In this document: piece after piece, positions 9,620-18,707 of the stretch
Numbering within the stretch: position 1 is the stretch's first letter
Layout of the letters: the number at the start of each line of letters is the position of its first letter
Source: Alphaproteobacteria bacterium
Lineage (GTDB): Bacteria > Pseudomonadota > Alphaproteobacteria > MPNO01 > UBA2964
DNA length: 64,000 bases
Assembly (NCBI GenBank): GCA_012103315.1
Contig: WLWZ01000002.1
Span: forward strand, 71,381 to 135,380
Reading direction: 5' to 3'
Translations under genes and position numbers: made by a program
Notes under the pieces: model-generated
Seen by the model: the letters and a program-made list of their open reading frames with translations, nothing else
What the model was told of the DNA's origin: nothing
Database searches by the model: none

Positions 9620-10281
9620 GCGCACTCACCCTGATCCTACATCGCGAGATTCGCTTGGCGCTGCGCCAAATTAGTGACAGCGCGATCATCGTTCTGTTCT
9701 TTGTTTTAGCCGCGGTGCTATTCCCCTTTGGCGTCGGGCCTGAACCCAACATGCTGGCGCGAATGGCGCCCGGAGTCGTCTGGGTAACCGCCCTGCTCGC
9801 TGCCATGTTGTCCTTCGAGCGCTTGTTCACGCCAGATTATGAAGACGGCAGTCTTGAGCAACTTGCCCTTGGTCCCGCCCCGCTTGAAATGGTCGCCATC
9901 GCCAAAGCCGCGGCACATTGGCTCACCACAGGGCTACCGCTGATGATCGCTGCACCGCTCATCGCGGTGCTTTATCGTTTGCCCGACGCAGGCTATGGCG
10001 CGCTGATAACCACCATGGCGCTCGGAACACCGACGATCAGCCTGATCGGAACCGTCGGCGCTGCCCTGACATTGGGTTCACGGCGCGGCGGTGTCCTTTT
10101 ATCGCTATTGGTGATCCCCCTCATCATACCGGTTTTGATCTTTGGTACTGCCGCAATTGATGCCGCGATCAGCGGTTTCGCAGTCGGTCAGCACCTGATG
10201 TTGATGGGCGGGTTTTTACTCGGCGCCCTGGTTTTAACGCCACTGGCGACTGCTGCGGCATTGCGCCAAGCACTCGAATAG
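9616..10281 (+). CDS. ccmB: Heme exporter permease CcmB
   Basis: Six-TM protein with CcmB-like sequence. A 4-nt start/stop overlap with ccmA. Confidence 0.92.
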   Translation: MSALTLILHREIRLALRQISDSAIIVLFFVLAAVLFPFGVGPEPNMLARMAPGVVWVTALLAAMLSFERLFTPDYEDGSLEQLALGPAPLEMVAIAKAAAHWLTTGLPLMIAAPLIAVLYRLPDAGYGALITTMALGTPTISLIGTVGAALTLGSRRGGVLLSLLVIPLIIPVLIFGTAAIDAAISGFAVGQHLMLMGGFLLGALVLTPLATAAALRQALE

Positions 10282-10453
10282 GCCGTAAAATTCAATTTCT
10301 TTGTATAAAGGCCCGGATAACGCGGAATATTATGGTTAATGAAACGTTCAACTCTATGTGTAACCTATTGATTTCGACTTCACATATCACTGCCCGACCA
10401 CCATATTTCCAAATGCCGGGCATAAGACAGGGCAAATTTGCCAACAGGGGACG

Positions 10454-11188
10454 ATGATACAGCAATACGCCAACCCAGCTCGGTTTAACCGTCTCGCCAC
10501 CACCCTCATGCCGTGGTTTGCCTGGCCCGCCGGAATTCTGATCGTCGCAGGGCTCTATTTCGCGCTGTTTAATTCGCCACCGGATTATCAGCAGGGCGAC
10601 ACTGTCCGCATCATGTATGTCCATGTCCCCGCGGCGTGGATGGCGCTGTTTGTCTATACATCGATGGCAATTTCCAGCGCCGTCGGTCTGATCTGGAAAC
10701 ATCCACTGGCACATTTGTCAGCGCAAGCCGCAGCCCCCATAGGCGCATGCTTTACGTTTGTCTGTTTGCTGACGGGATCGCTGTGGGGCAAACCGATGTG
10801 GGGTACCTGGTGGGTATGGGACGCCCGCCTGACATCCGTTCTGATCCTGTTCTTTCTTTATCTCGGTTTTATGGCGCTGCAGAACGCTTTCGATGACCCA
10901 AGACGGGGCGAGCGTTCCGCCGCTATCCTGGCGATCATTGGCTTTATCAATGTGCCAATTATCAAGTTCTCAGTCGATTGGTGGAACACGCTGCATCAAC
11001 CCGCCAGTGTCGTGAAGATGTCCGGTCCCGCGATCCACTCCTCGATGTTGATTCCCCTCTTTATGATGGGTGTCGGATTTACGCTCTATTTCGGTGCGCT
11101 TCTCTTACTGCGAATGAAGACATTGATGCTCGCCCGCCGGGCCCGTGGGATGAGCATGGCGCAACTCCACCAGCAAGCAGCGGAATAG
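10454..11188 (+). CDS. ccmC: Heme exporter/heme lyase subunit CcmC
   Basis: Contains the WGxxWxWD tryptophan-rich heme-handling motif (WGTWWVWDARL). Confidence 0.95.
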   Translation: MIQQYANPARFNRLATTLMPWFAWPAGILIVAGLYFALFNSPPDYQQGDTVRIMYVHVPAAWMALFVYTSMAISSAVGLIWKHPLAHLSAQAAAPIGACFTFVCLLTGSLWGKPMWGTWWVWDARLTSVLILFFLYLGFMALQNAFDDPRRGERSAAILAIIGFINVPIIKFSVDWWNTLHQPASVVKMSGPAIHSSMLIPLFMMGVGFTLYFGALLLLRMKTLMLARRARGMSMAQLHQQAAE

Positions 11189-11198
11189 GAGATCAAAG

Positions 11199-11402
11199 AT
11201 GCAAATGATTTCCGATTTTATGGCGATGGGGGGCTATGGCGGCTTTATCTGGACCGCTTATGGAGCCGTCGCCTTCGTCCTCGGCGGTCTTTTGATTATC
11301 TCGCTGCGTGAAAATCGGGCGACCGCCGCCGAAGTAGCCGCGTTGGAAGCCAACTCGCCACGGCGTCGCAACAAGACAGATAAAGAGGACGACGCGACGT
11401 GA
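11199..11402 (+). CDS. ccmD: Heme exporter protein CcmD
   Basis: Small single-TM protein (GGYGGFIWTAYGAVAFVLGGLLI) between ccmC and ccmE. 4-nt overlap with ccmE. Confidence 0.85.
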   Translation: MQMISDFMAMGGYGGFIWTAYGAVAFVLGGLLIISLRENRATAAEVAALEANSPRRRNKTDKEDDAT

Positions 11403-11851
11403 CCCGTAAACAGCGCCGGATGAATTTTATAGTACTAGGTCTGCTGACACTCGGTGTCGCGGCCGCGCTCGTGCTCACTGCGCTGGAAGACAAGATCGTC
11501 TTCTTTTATAGCCCAACCGATATCGCGACCAAGAAACAGATCCCGACGAACCAGCAAGTTCGCGTTGGCGGGTTGGTCAAAGAAGGGACCTGGAAAAAAC
11601 CAAACAACAATTTGACCCACAGATTCACGGTCACCGATCTACGACATGACATATCGATTTCCTACAAGGGAATCATTCCAGATATTTTCCGCGAGGGCCA
11701 AGGCGTGGTCGTGCTTGGCAAACTCCAGCCCGATGGAAATTTTCAGGCCGATGAAGTCCTTGCAAAACATGATGAGAAATACATGCCACCAGAAGTCGCC
11801 GAGGCTTTGAAAAAATCCGGCAAGTGGAAACACGCGGAAGAAAAGAAATGA
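11399..11851 (+). CDS. ccmE: Cytochrome c-type biogenesis heme chaperone CcmE
   Basis: N-terminal anchor plus an OB-fold sequence ending in the heme-binding region LAKHDEKYMPPEV. Confidence 0.95.
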   Translation: MTRKQRRMNFIVLGLLTLGVAAALVLTALEDKIVFFYSPTDIATKKQIPTNQQVRVGGLVKEGTWKKPNNNLTHRFTVTDLRHDISISYKGIIPDIFREGQGVVVLGKLQPDGNFQADEVLAKHDEKYMPPEVAEALKKSGKWKHAEEKK

Positions 11852-13857
11852 TCGCAGAAATTGGACAATTTGCGCTCATCCTCGCGCTGGTCATCGCGAT
11901 CATTCAGGGCACGTTGCCGCTCGCTGGCGCAGCACTGAACCGGACCCAATGGGTAGCTGTTGCCCGCCCCGCCGCGCGCGGGCAGTTCCTCTTCGTGATA
12001 ATCGCGTTCTGCTGTCTCACTCATGCCTATGTGACATCGGATTTTTCAGTCGCCAACGTTGCGCATAACTCCCACACCTTAAAACCACTGCTCTATAAAG
12101 TTTCCGGCGTGTGGGGAAACCATGAAGGCTCAATGGTGCTCTGGGTTGCGATCCTTGCCTTGTTCGGTCTCGCCGTTGCCGAGTTTGGTACCGGCCTACC
12201 GCCAACATTGCGGGCGCGCGTGCTCTCCATTCAAGGGCTGATCGGCGTCGCCTTTCTGGCCTTTATCCTCTTTACGTCAAACCCATTTCTGCGGCTCGAT
12301 CCGGCACCCCTCGAAGGCAACGGGCTCAATCCGATTCTCCAGGATCCGGGCCTCGCCTTTCATCCACCATTCCTGTATCTCGGCTATGTCGGGTTCTCAA
12401 TGGCGTTCTCGTTTGCCGTCGCGGCCTTGATCGAGGGCCGGGTTGATCCCGCCTGGGCACGCTGGGTGCGTCCATGGACACTTGCCGCCTGGTGCGCTCT
12501 GACTGTTGGAATCGCTCTTGGCAGCTGGTGGGCGTATTACGAACTGGGCTGGGGTGGCTGGTGGTTCTGGGACCCGGTGGAAAATGCCTCGTTTATTCCA
12601 TGGCTGATTGGCACCGCCTTACTGCACTCTGCCATCGTCGTCGAAAAACGCGATGCTCTAAAAAGCTGGACAATCCTGCTAGCAATTCTGGCATTTTCGA
12701 TGTCGTTACTTGGCACCTTCCTGGTGCGCTCTGGCGTCCTAACATCGGTCCACGCTTTTGCCAGTGACCCGGAACGCGGTGTCTTTATTCTCGGCCTGCT
12801 GGTTTTTGTCATCGGTGGTTCGTTAACGCTCTATGCTATTCGCGCGCCGCAACTCAAAGGCGGCGGGCTGTTTGCGCCGATTTCCCGCGAAGGCGCTTTG
12901 GTCCTCAACAACCTACTCCTCACCACCGGTGCCGCTGTTGTTCTGCTCGGAACACTGTATCCGCTGATCCTGGATGCCTTTGGCGGCGGCAAGGTTTCGG
13001 TTGGCCCGCCTTTCTTCAATTCCACCTTTGTCCCACTGATGGTACCGGTGATGCTGGCAGCGGTCGTTGGCGCCATGCTGAGTTGGAAGCGCGCCGATAT
13101 TGGCGCCGTCTTTAGTCGGCTAAAAATCGCTTTCTACGTTGCCCTGATCGGAATTGGTGTGACCGCTTGGTACGCCGGCAACCTTAAAGACATTCTTGCC
13201 GCAGGCGGGATCGGGATTGCCGCCTGGCTGATTGTTGGCAGCGCGCTTGAAATTGCTGAACGGACTGCATTGTTCAAAGGGCCCCTATCGAGTTCATGGC
13301 GCCGTGCCGCAGGCCTGCCACGCTCCGCTTGGGGCATGGCGATCGCCCATGGTGCGGTCGGCATCATGGTTGCGGGGATCACCGCCTCCTCCGCCTGGCG
13401 AATTGAGAAAATTCAGCTCATGGCGCCGGGCGATGTCATCACAGTCTCCGGCTATAGCCTGAAGTTTGAAGGCGCCAAACAGATTAAGGGCCCCAATTAT
13501 CATGGCGAGCGTGGGCTGTTCACCGTCACAAAAAACGGCAAGCAGATTACAACGCTAACCCCCGAAAAACGCGAATATCCTGCCGAACGCAGCCAAACCA
13601 CTGAGGCCGGTATCCTGACGATGGTCAGTGGTGATCTATACGCCGTGCTCGGCGATAAGAGTAAAAATCCAGCTAAGGGCGGTGCATCCTGGAGCACGAG
13701 AATCTATTTTAATCCGCTGGTCGCGTGGATTTGGGTCGGCGCAATTTTGATGGCGGGCGGTGGACTGGTGTCCTTAACCGACCGACGGCATCGCATCGGC
13801 GCCCCCAAGACAGCCAAAAAACATGCCAGCGCGCAGCCTAATCCGGCGAGCGCCTGA
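11848..13857 (+). CDS. ccmF: Cytochrome c heme lyase subunit CcmF
   Basis: Large polytopic protein with the WGGWWFWDPVEN motif. Start set at ATG 11848 (MIAEIG...), overlapping the ccmE stop by 4 nt. Confidence 0.95.
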   Translation: MIAEIGQFALILALVIAIIQGTLPLAGAALNRTQWVAVARPAARGQFLFVIIAFCCLTHAYVTSDFSVANVAHNSHTLKPLLYKVSGVWGNHEGSMVLWVAILALFGLAVAEFGTGLPPTLRARVLSIQGLIGVAFLAFILFTSNPFLRLDPAPLEGNGLNPILQDPGLAFHPPFLYLGYVGFSMAFSFAVAALIEGRVDPAWARWVRPWTLAAWCALTVGIALGSWWAYYELGWGGWWFWDPVENASFIPWLIGTALLHSAIVVEKRDALKSWTILLAILAFSMSLLGTFLVRSGVLTSVHAFASDPERGVFILGLLVFVIGGSLTLYAIRAPQLKGGGLFAPISREGALVLNNLLLTTGAAVVLLGTLYPLILDAFGGGKVSVGPPFFNSTFVPLMVPVMLAAVVGAMLSWKRADIGAVFSRLKIAFYVALIGIGVTAWYAGNLKDILAAGGIGIAAWLIVGSALEIAERTALFKGPLSSSWRRAAGLPRSAWGMAIAHGAVGIMVAGITASSAWRIEKIQLMAPGDVITVSGYSLKFEGAKQIKGPNYHGERGLFTVTKNGKQITTLTPEKREYPAERSQTTEAGILTMVSGDLYAVLGDKSKNPAKGGASWSTRIYFNPLVAWIWVGAILMAGGGLVSLTDRRHRIGAPKTAKKHASAQPNPASA

Positions 13858-13858
13858 C

Positions 13859-14410
13859 ATGACAGCAAATTTGCGTCTCAGCTATTTTCTGCCGGCGATC
13901 ATTGTATTGGTGCTCGCCGCCATTTTCTGGTCGTATCTCGGTGAGATAAAGGACGGAAAATCAATTCAGGACTTACCCTCCGCTTTAATCAATAAACCGG
14001 CGCCAACTTTCAAGCTTCCCGGCATAAGTGCCGGAGACAAAGGTTTCGATAGCGCCAGCCTCAAAGGCAAGGTGACATTGGTCAATGTCTGGGCATCATG
14101 GTGTCCGCCCTGCCGTGTTGAACATCCAAGGATCATGCAGCTGGCCCGCGAAGGGATCCCTATCTACGGTATCAACTACAAGGACAAACCCAACGACGCG
14201 AAGGGGTTTCTCGCTGAGCTCGGCAATCCCTACAAGGCTATTGGCGCTGACCGGACCGGCAAGATCGCTATCGATTGGGGGGTTTACGGCTACCCCGAAA
14301 CCTTTGTCGTCGATGCAAAAGGTCACATCCGCTACCGCCATGTTGGCCCCATCATGGCGCATGATTTAACCGACAAGATCCGACCATTGATCAAGGCGCT
14401 CAGCAAATGA
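13859..14410 (+). CDS. ccmG: Thiol:disulfide oxidoreductase CcmG/DsbE
   Basis: Membrane anchor plus thioredoxin fold with a WCPPC active site. Start set at ATG 13859, 1 nt after the ccmF stop. Confidence 0.93.
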   Translation: MTANLRLSYFLPAIIVLVLAAIFWSYLGEIKDGKSIQDLPSALINKPAPTFKLPGISAGDKGFDSASLKGKVTLVNVWASWCPPCRVEHPRIMQLAREGIPIYGINYKDKPNDAKGFLAELGNPYKAIGADRTGKIAIDWGVYGYPETFVVDAKGHIRYRHVGPIMAHDLTDKIRPLIKALSK

Positions 14411-14889
14411 TGAAAGCTCGTTTCATCGTCATCCTATTTGCAACCCTCGCTATGGCTTCAACAGCGGGCGCCGTGGAACCCAATGAAATCCTCAAAGACC
14501 CGGCGCTGGAGCAGCGCGCCCGCGCCCTCAGCAAGGATCTGCGTTGTGTGGTCTGCCAAAACCAATCGATCGATGACTCGAATGCCGACCTCGCCCGTGA
14601 CCTCCGTGTCGTTGTCCGCGCGCGTTTAACAGCGGGCGACACTGACAAACAGGTGATGGATTTCGTCGTGGCCCGCTATGGCGAATTCGTTCTCCTTAAA
14701 CCGCCGGTCAATGCTCGTACGATGTTGTTATGGAGCGGACCTGCTCTGGTCCTGATATTTGGCGCGATTGGTCTCGTATCGTGGTTCCGTCGTCGTGGTA
14801 CCGCCGCTTCGGAAGGGCTAAGCGCGGATGAAGAAAAACGCCTCGCCGCCCTCATGGACGACAAAACCGTCAGCGGAGAAGCTGACTGA
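14407..14889 (+). CDS. ccmH: Cytochrome c-type biogenesis protein CcmH
   Basis: Signal peptide and the LRCVVCQNQSIDDS (LRCxxC) motif. Overlaps the ccmG stop. Confidence 0.93.
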   Translation: MMKARFIVILFATLAMASTAGAVEPNEILKDPALEQRARALSKDLRCVVCQNQSIDDSNADLARDLRVVVRARLTAGDTDKQVMDFVVARYGEFVLLKPPVNARTMLLWSGPALVLIFGAIGLVSWFRRRGTAASEGLSADEEKRLAALMDDKTVSGEAD

Positions 14890-16355
14890 TGATCTGGATG
14901 ATTCTCACTGCAATGGCCGCTATCGCGCTCGTGCTGATCTTGCGTCCGCTTATACGACATGAGGAAGACGGCCCGAGCCGCTCCGAATATGACACTAGAA
15001 TATATAAAGATCAGCTGGCCGAGCTCGAACGAGATACCGCCCGTGGCGTGATTACGGAAGACGCGGCTAAAGCCGCCCGTACGGAAATAGCCAGACGCTT
15101 ATTGGCGGCGGACGAAGAAGCCAGAGCATCTACCGATACAACATCACGCTCTTCGGGCAGGGCAATGGCCGCCATTGTGGGGTGTTCCATTCCAGCTCTG
15201 GCGCTCGGTATATACGCCGTCACCGGGTCACCCCATTTGCCAGCACAACCCGGCGCCGAATTACAGGCGAAGGCCGCGGAAGCCAAGGCCCAGCAAGGGT
15301 CAAAGACGGCGACAACCACACCCGATCTAAATTCAATTGTTGCCCAGCTCACCGCACGTCTGAAACAGCGCCCGGATGATCTTGAGGGTTGGCGGCTTTA
15401 CGCCCGTTCCCTCGTCGGTATGCGGCGCTTCGCTGATGCGGTAGCAGCCTATCAACGGGCGACAACACTGGCCCCAAAAGATGGCGACCTCTGGTCTCAA
15501 ATGGCGGAGGCACAGATTACCGCTGCCGGCGGCAGCGTTACCCCGGCCGCGCAACAAACACTTGAAAAAGCGCTGCTGGTTGATCCTGCAGAACCACGGG
15601 CCCGCTATTATGTCGGGCTGGCTGCACGACAAGCAGGCGCGATCCAGCAAGCGCTCAAAATCTGGCTCGATCTTGAAGCCGATTCTGCCCCGAATGCGCC
15701 GTGGCGAAAGCTGCTGGGAGAACGCATCGCCAAAACAGCCAAGGACAATGACATTTCAGCAACGGCGCTCGCGGCAATGCGCAAGAGCGCGGGCTCAGGG
15801 CAAACAGTCGTCCCTACTGGCAAAACGCAAGTTGCGGAAAATACCCAACCACCTGGCCCGACAGCTGATGATGTCAAGGCGGCGCGGCAAATGTCTGCCG
15901 AAGATCGCCTGACCATGATCCGTGGCATGGTGGGACGGTTAGCCGACAAGATGAAGGATGACCCCAAGAACATAGAGGGCTGGCTCCGTCTTGGTCGATC
16001 CTACGAAGTTCTCAATGATCCCGCCAAATCCCGCGATGCATACGCCAAAGCCGCGGCTCTAAAGCCAAAAGACCTAGCCGTGCTGACGGTCTATGCCGGC
16101 GCCATCGCCAAAGCGGCAAAACAAGATGCGCCTATGCCAAAAGTGCTCGCCGATGTGTCCGAACGAATCCTGGCCTTGCAACCAGCCCATGGCGGCGCGT
16201 TGTGGTTTAGTGGCATCGCCAAAATGGAGACCGGTGACAAGATAGGGGCCCGCGAACGCTGGACCCGCCTGCTCGCGATCCTCGATTCCAATGGCGCGCA
16301 ACATGCGCAGGTGATGGAACGGATCAAAGCGTTGGGCCTGCCCGCCAATCCATGA
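14889..16355 (+). CDS. ccmI: Cytochrome c-type biogenesis protein CcmI (CycH), TPR-containing
   Basis: N-terminal TM helices, an Ala-rich linker and C-terminal TPR-like repeats. Position is directly after ccmH with a 1-nt overlap. Confidence 0.85.
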   Translation: MIWMILTAMAAIALVLILRPLIRHEEDGPSRSEYDTRIYKDQLAELERDTARGVITEDAAKAARTEIARRLLAADEEARASTDTTSRSSGRAMAAIVGCSIPALALGIYAVTGSPHLPAQPGAELQAKAAEAKAQQGSKTATTTPDLNSIVAQLTARLKQRPDDLEGWRLYARSLVGMRRFADAVAAYQRATTLAPKDGDLWSQMAEAQITAAGGSVTPAAQQTLEKALLVDPAEPRARYYVGLAARQAGAIQQALKIWLDLEADSAPNAPWRKLLGERIAKTAKDNDISATALAAMRKSAGSGQTVVPTGKTQVAENTQPPGPTADDVKAARQMSAEDRLTMIRGMVGRLADKMKDDPKNIEGWLRLGRSYEVLNDPAKSRDAYAKAAALKPKDLAVLTVYAGAIAKAAKQDAPMPKVLADVSERILALQPAHGGALWFSGIAKMETGDKIGARERWTRLLAILDSNGAQHAQVMERIKALGLPANP

Positions 16356-16834
16356 GCCACTGTCTGGCGCGCTACCGAATTTTTGCGATCTTTCTCACAA
16401 TGCTTTTCACCATAAATTCAGCCCAAGCTGATTTCGCAGCCGGCGCGCAAGCCTATGATGCTGGTGATTACACCACCGCCTTTACCGAATGGCAGGTTGC
16501 GGCAAAATCCGGTGACCTTGCGGCAATGGTTGCCATCGCCGATCTTTACCGCCGCGGGACGGGCCGCAACCCCAACGCCGTTAAAGCCTTTCACTGGTAT
16601 CAGCAGGCCGCCAAAGCAGGGGACGCTGTTGCTCAAATGAACCTGGGTGAGATGTATCTCAATGGCTGGGGTGTCAGATCAAACCGCCCACGCGCGTGGG
16701 TGTGGTTTGACCGCGCCGCCAGCCAAGGTCGCAGCTGGGCCCGAGATCAAAGAATGAGTCTGGAAAAGATGATGTCATCTGCGCAGCTGGCCACCGCCCG
16801 AAAGTTGCGTAGAATAGAAAAAGAGAGGAATTAG
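16352..16834 (+). CDS. Sel1-repeat (TPR-like) periplasmic protein, translationally coupled to ccmI
   Basis: Signal peptide, then three Sel1-like repeats (A..W...AA..GD..A...LG.MY..G.GV). ATGA start/stop overlap with ccmI at 16352-16355. Confidence 0.8.
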   Translation: MSHCLARYRIFAIFLTMLFTINSAQADFAAGAQAYDAGDYTTAFTEWQVAAKSGDLAAMVAIADLYRRGTGRNPNAVKAFHWYQQAAKAGDAVAQMNLGEMYLNGWGVRSNRPRAWVWFDRAASQGRSWARDQRMSLEKMMSSAQLATARKLRRIEKERN

Positions 16835-16848
16835 CGAGGTAACTTTTG

Positions 16849-17211
16849 ATGGCCACACAGCGCGACAAATCAAAAACCATTCCAGGTACGACGATTTTCG
16901 ATGGTGCGGAATCGCGCAAAGGATATCGCATTAACAAGTTTGCGATGTCCTTTACCAAATCGGAAAACCGCGAGGCCTTCACCGCCGATGAAGAAGCTTA
17001 TATGGAAAGCTGGGACCTCAGCGACCCCGAAAGACAATTCCTGCGCGACCGCGATTATCGCGGACTCATCGAAGAATGTGGCGGCAATATTTATATGATT
17101 ATGAAACTCGGCACCTGTACTGGACACGGGCTGTATCATGTCGGCGCACAGCTGCGCGGCCAAACTTTTGAAGAGTTTATGGAAACCCGCAACGCCTCAG
17201 GAGCACGCTAA
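16849..17211 (+). CDS. ligA: Protocatechuate 4,5-dioxygenase alpha subunit (LigA)
   Basis: Strong resemblance to Sphingobium LigA as I recall it (IPGTTIFDG..SRKGY.IN.FAMS..K.ENRE.F.ADE.AY...W.L....). ATG at 16849 with GAGG 9 nt upstream (the track starts at TTG 16846). Confidence 0.88.
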   Translation: MATQRDKSKTIPGTTIFDGAESRKGYRINKFAMSFTKSENREAFTADEEAYMESWDLSDPERQFLRDRDYRGLIEECGGNIYMIMKLGTCTGHGLYHVGAQLRGQTFEEFMETRNASGAR

Positions 17212-17212
17212 G

Positions 17213-18052
17213 ATGGCAAAGATCGTTGGCGGTATCGGCACCTCGCATGTGCCCTCCATTGGCAAAGCCTATGATATGGGTCAGCAAGAGGAGCCCGATT
17301 GGAAACCGGTTTTTGATGCTTATAAGCCGGTGCAAAAATGGCTGGCCGAGCTTAAACCAGACGTCGCTATTGTGGTCTATAATGATCACGGCTCCAGCAT
17401 GTTTTTTGACAAATATCCAACCTTTGCGATTGGTGCGGCTGAAACCTATCCGATTGGCGATGAAGGCTGGGGACCCCGCCCCTTGCCCGACGTTCCGGGC
17501 AACCCAGATTTTTCATGGCATCTCGCGGAAGAGCTTGTCTATAACGAGTTCGACATGACGATCTGTCAGGAGCTATCGGTTGAGCACGGATTTTTGGTAC
17601 CGATGAATTTGTGCTTTCCGCATGAGCCCAGCTGGCCGGTCAAAACAGTGCCAATCGCAATAAACGTCATTCAGCATCCGCTACCAACCGCAACACGGTG
17701 CTACAAGCTTGGGCAAGCGATCCGTCAGGCCGTCGAAGCGTGTGAAGACGATCTTCGGGTTGTGATCTTTGGTACCGGCGGTATGTCGCATCAACTCAAC
17801 GGCACGCGCTTCGGCCATCTCAATACCGAGTTTGATAACGACTTCCTCGACAAAATCGAAAGCGACCCCATAGCGCTGACCAAACTCACCCATCAAGACA
17901 TCATGGAAGATGCCGGAGCCGAGGCGGTTGAGCTGATTATGTGGCTCACCATGCGGGGGGCGCTGTCCGACGATTTGACCCGTGTTCATCGCAATTATTA
18001 CGCACCGATGACCACCGGCATGGGGCTCATTGCACTTGAGGAAAACGCTTAG
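17213..18052 (+). CDS. ligB: Protocatechuate 4,5-dioxygenase beta subunit (LigB)
   Basis: MAKIVGGIGTSHVPSIG..., VVYNDHG, SVEHGF and GTGGMSHQL motifs of LigB. ATG at 17213 lies 1 nt after the ligA stop. Confidence 0.9.
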   Translation: MAKIVGGIGTSHVPSIGKAYDMGQQEEPDWKPVFDAYKPVQKWLAELKPDVAIVVYNDHGSSMFFDKYPTFAIGAAETYPIGDEGWGPRPLPDVPGNPDFSWHLAEELVYNEFDMTICQELSVEHGFLVPMNLCFPHEPSWPVKTVPIAINVIQHPLPTATRCYKLGQAIRQAVEACEDDLRVVIFGTGGMSHQLNGTRFGHLNTEFDNDFLDKIESDPIALTKLTHQDIMEDAGAEAVELIMWLTMRGALSDDLTRVHRNYYAPMTTGMGLIALEENA

Positions 18053-18260
18053 GTCGCAAATTTATCGCTTCACTATTTGTCGGAATACCCCATATCATAA
18101 AGACGGACAGGGTGTGATTGCCTGTCCCGAGAAACGACGCGTTTAAAACTCATCTGTATCCCGGGAAATGCCGGGTGTAACTCTAGGCGTGGGGCAATTG
18201 TCCGCCGAATCTGAGTTAAGTGACGTCGCCCGGCGCCCTGCCTGTGAGGAGGGTCGCAAA

Positions 18261-18692
18261 ATGCATATTGAACAAATTCTAAACACCAAAGGATTCGACG
18301 TGATCACCGCGCGCGCCGATGAGACAGTCGCCCAAGCCGCTATTCGTATGGAAGCAAACAGTATCGGGGCGCTGGTAATTGTCGATGGCGATGTTGCACC
18401 AATCGGCATCTTATCTGAGCGTGATATCGCGCGCGGCATCAATGAATATGGCCCACATCTGCCCGCGACACCGATCTCTGAACTCATGAGCGGCGATGTC
18501 GTGACGTGCGAACCCAAAGACCTGATCGCCGACATCATGGCGACGATGACCGAACGCCGCATCCGTCACCTTCCCGTTATCAAGAACGGTCAGCTCGCGG
18601 GCTTGGTCTCTATCGGTGATATGGTCAAAGAGCGGCTCAACGAGATCGAAAGCGAAGCGAGCGCGTTGCGCAGCTATATCGCTAGCGCTTAG
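18261..18692 (+). CDS. CBS-domain pair protein
   Basis: Two CBS motifs (..VITA..D.TV..A...M....IGALVIVD; ..VVTC.P.D.I.....M...RIRHLPV). Start set at ATG 18261 with GAGGAGGG upstream. Confidence 0.8.
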   Translation: MHIEQILNTKGFDVITARADETVAQAAIRMEANSIGALVIVDGDVAPIGILSERDIARGINEYGPHLPATPISELMSGDVVTCEPKDLIADIMATMTERRIRHLPVIKNGQLAGLVSIGDMVKERLNEIESEASALRSYIASA

Positions 18693-18707
18693 CGGAGGGG
18701 TCAGCAG

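Noticed and set aside
10282-10453. AT-rich 172-nt spacer before ccmC, with a TTGAT half-site and a GGCAAATTTGCC palindrome (10432-10443), as a possible FNR/FixK-type site
   Set aside because: Only one half of the TTGAT-N4-ATCAA consensus is present. The palindrome sits next to the ribosome-binding region and is too short to call.
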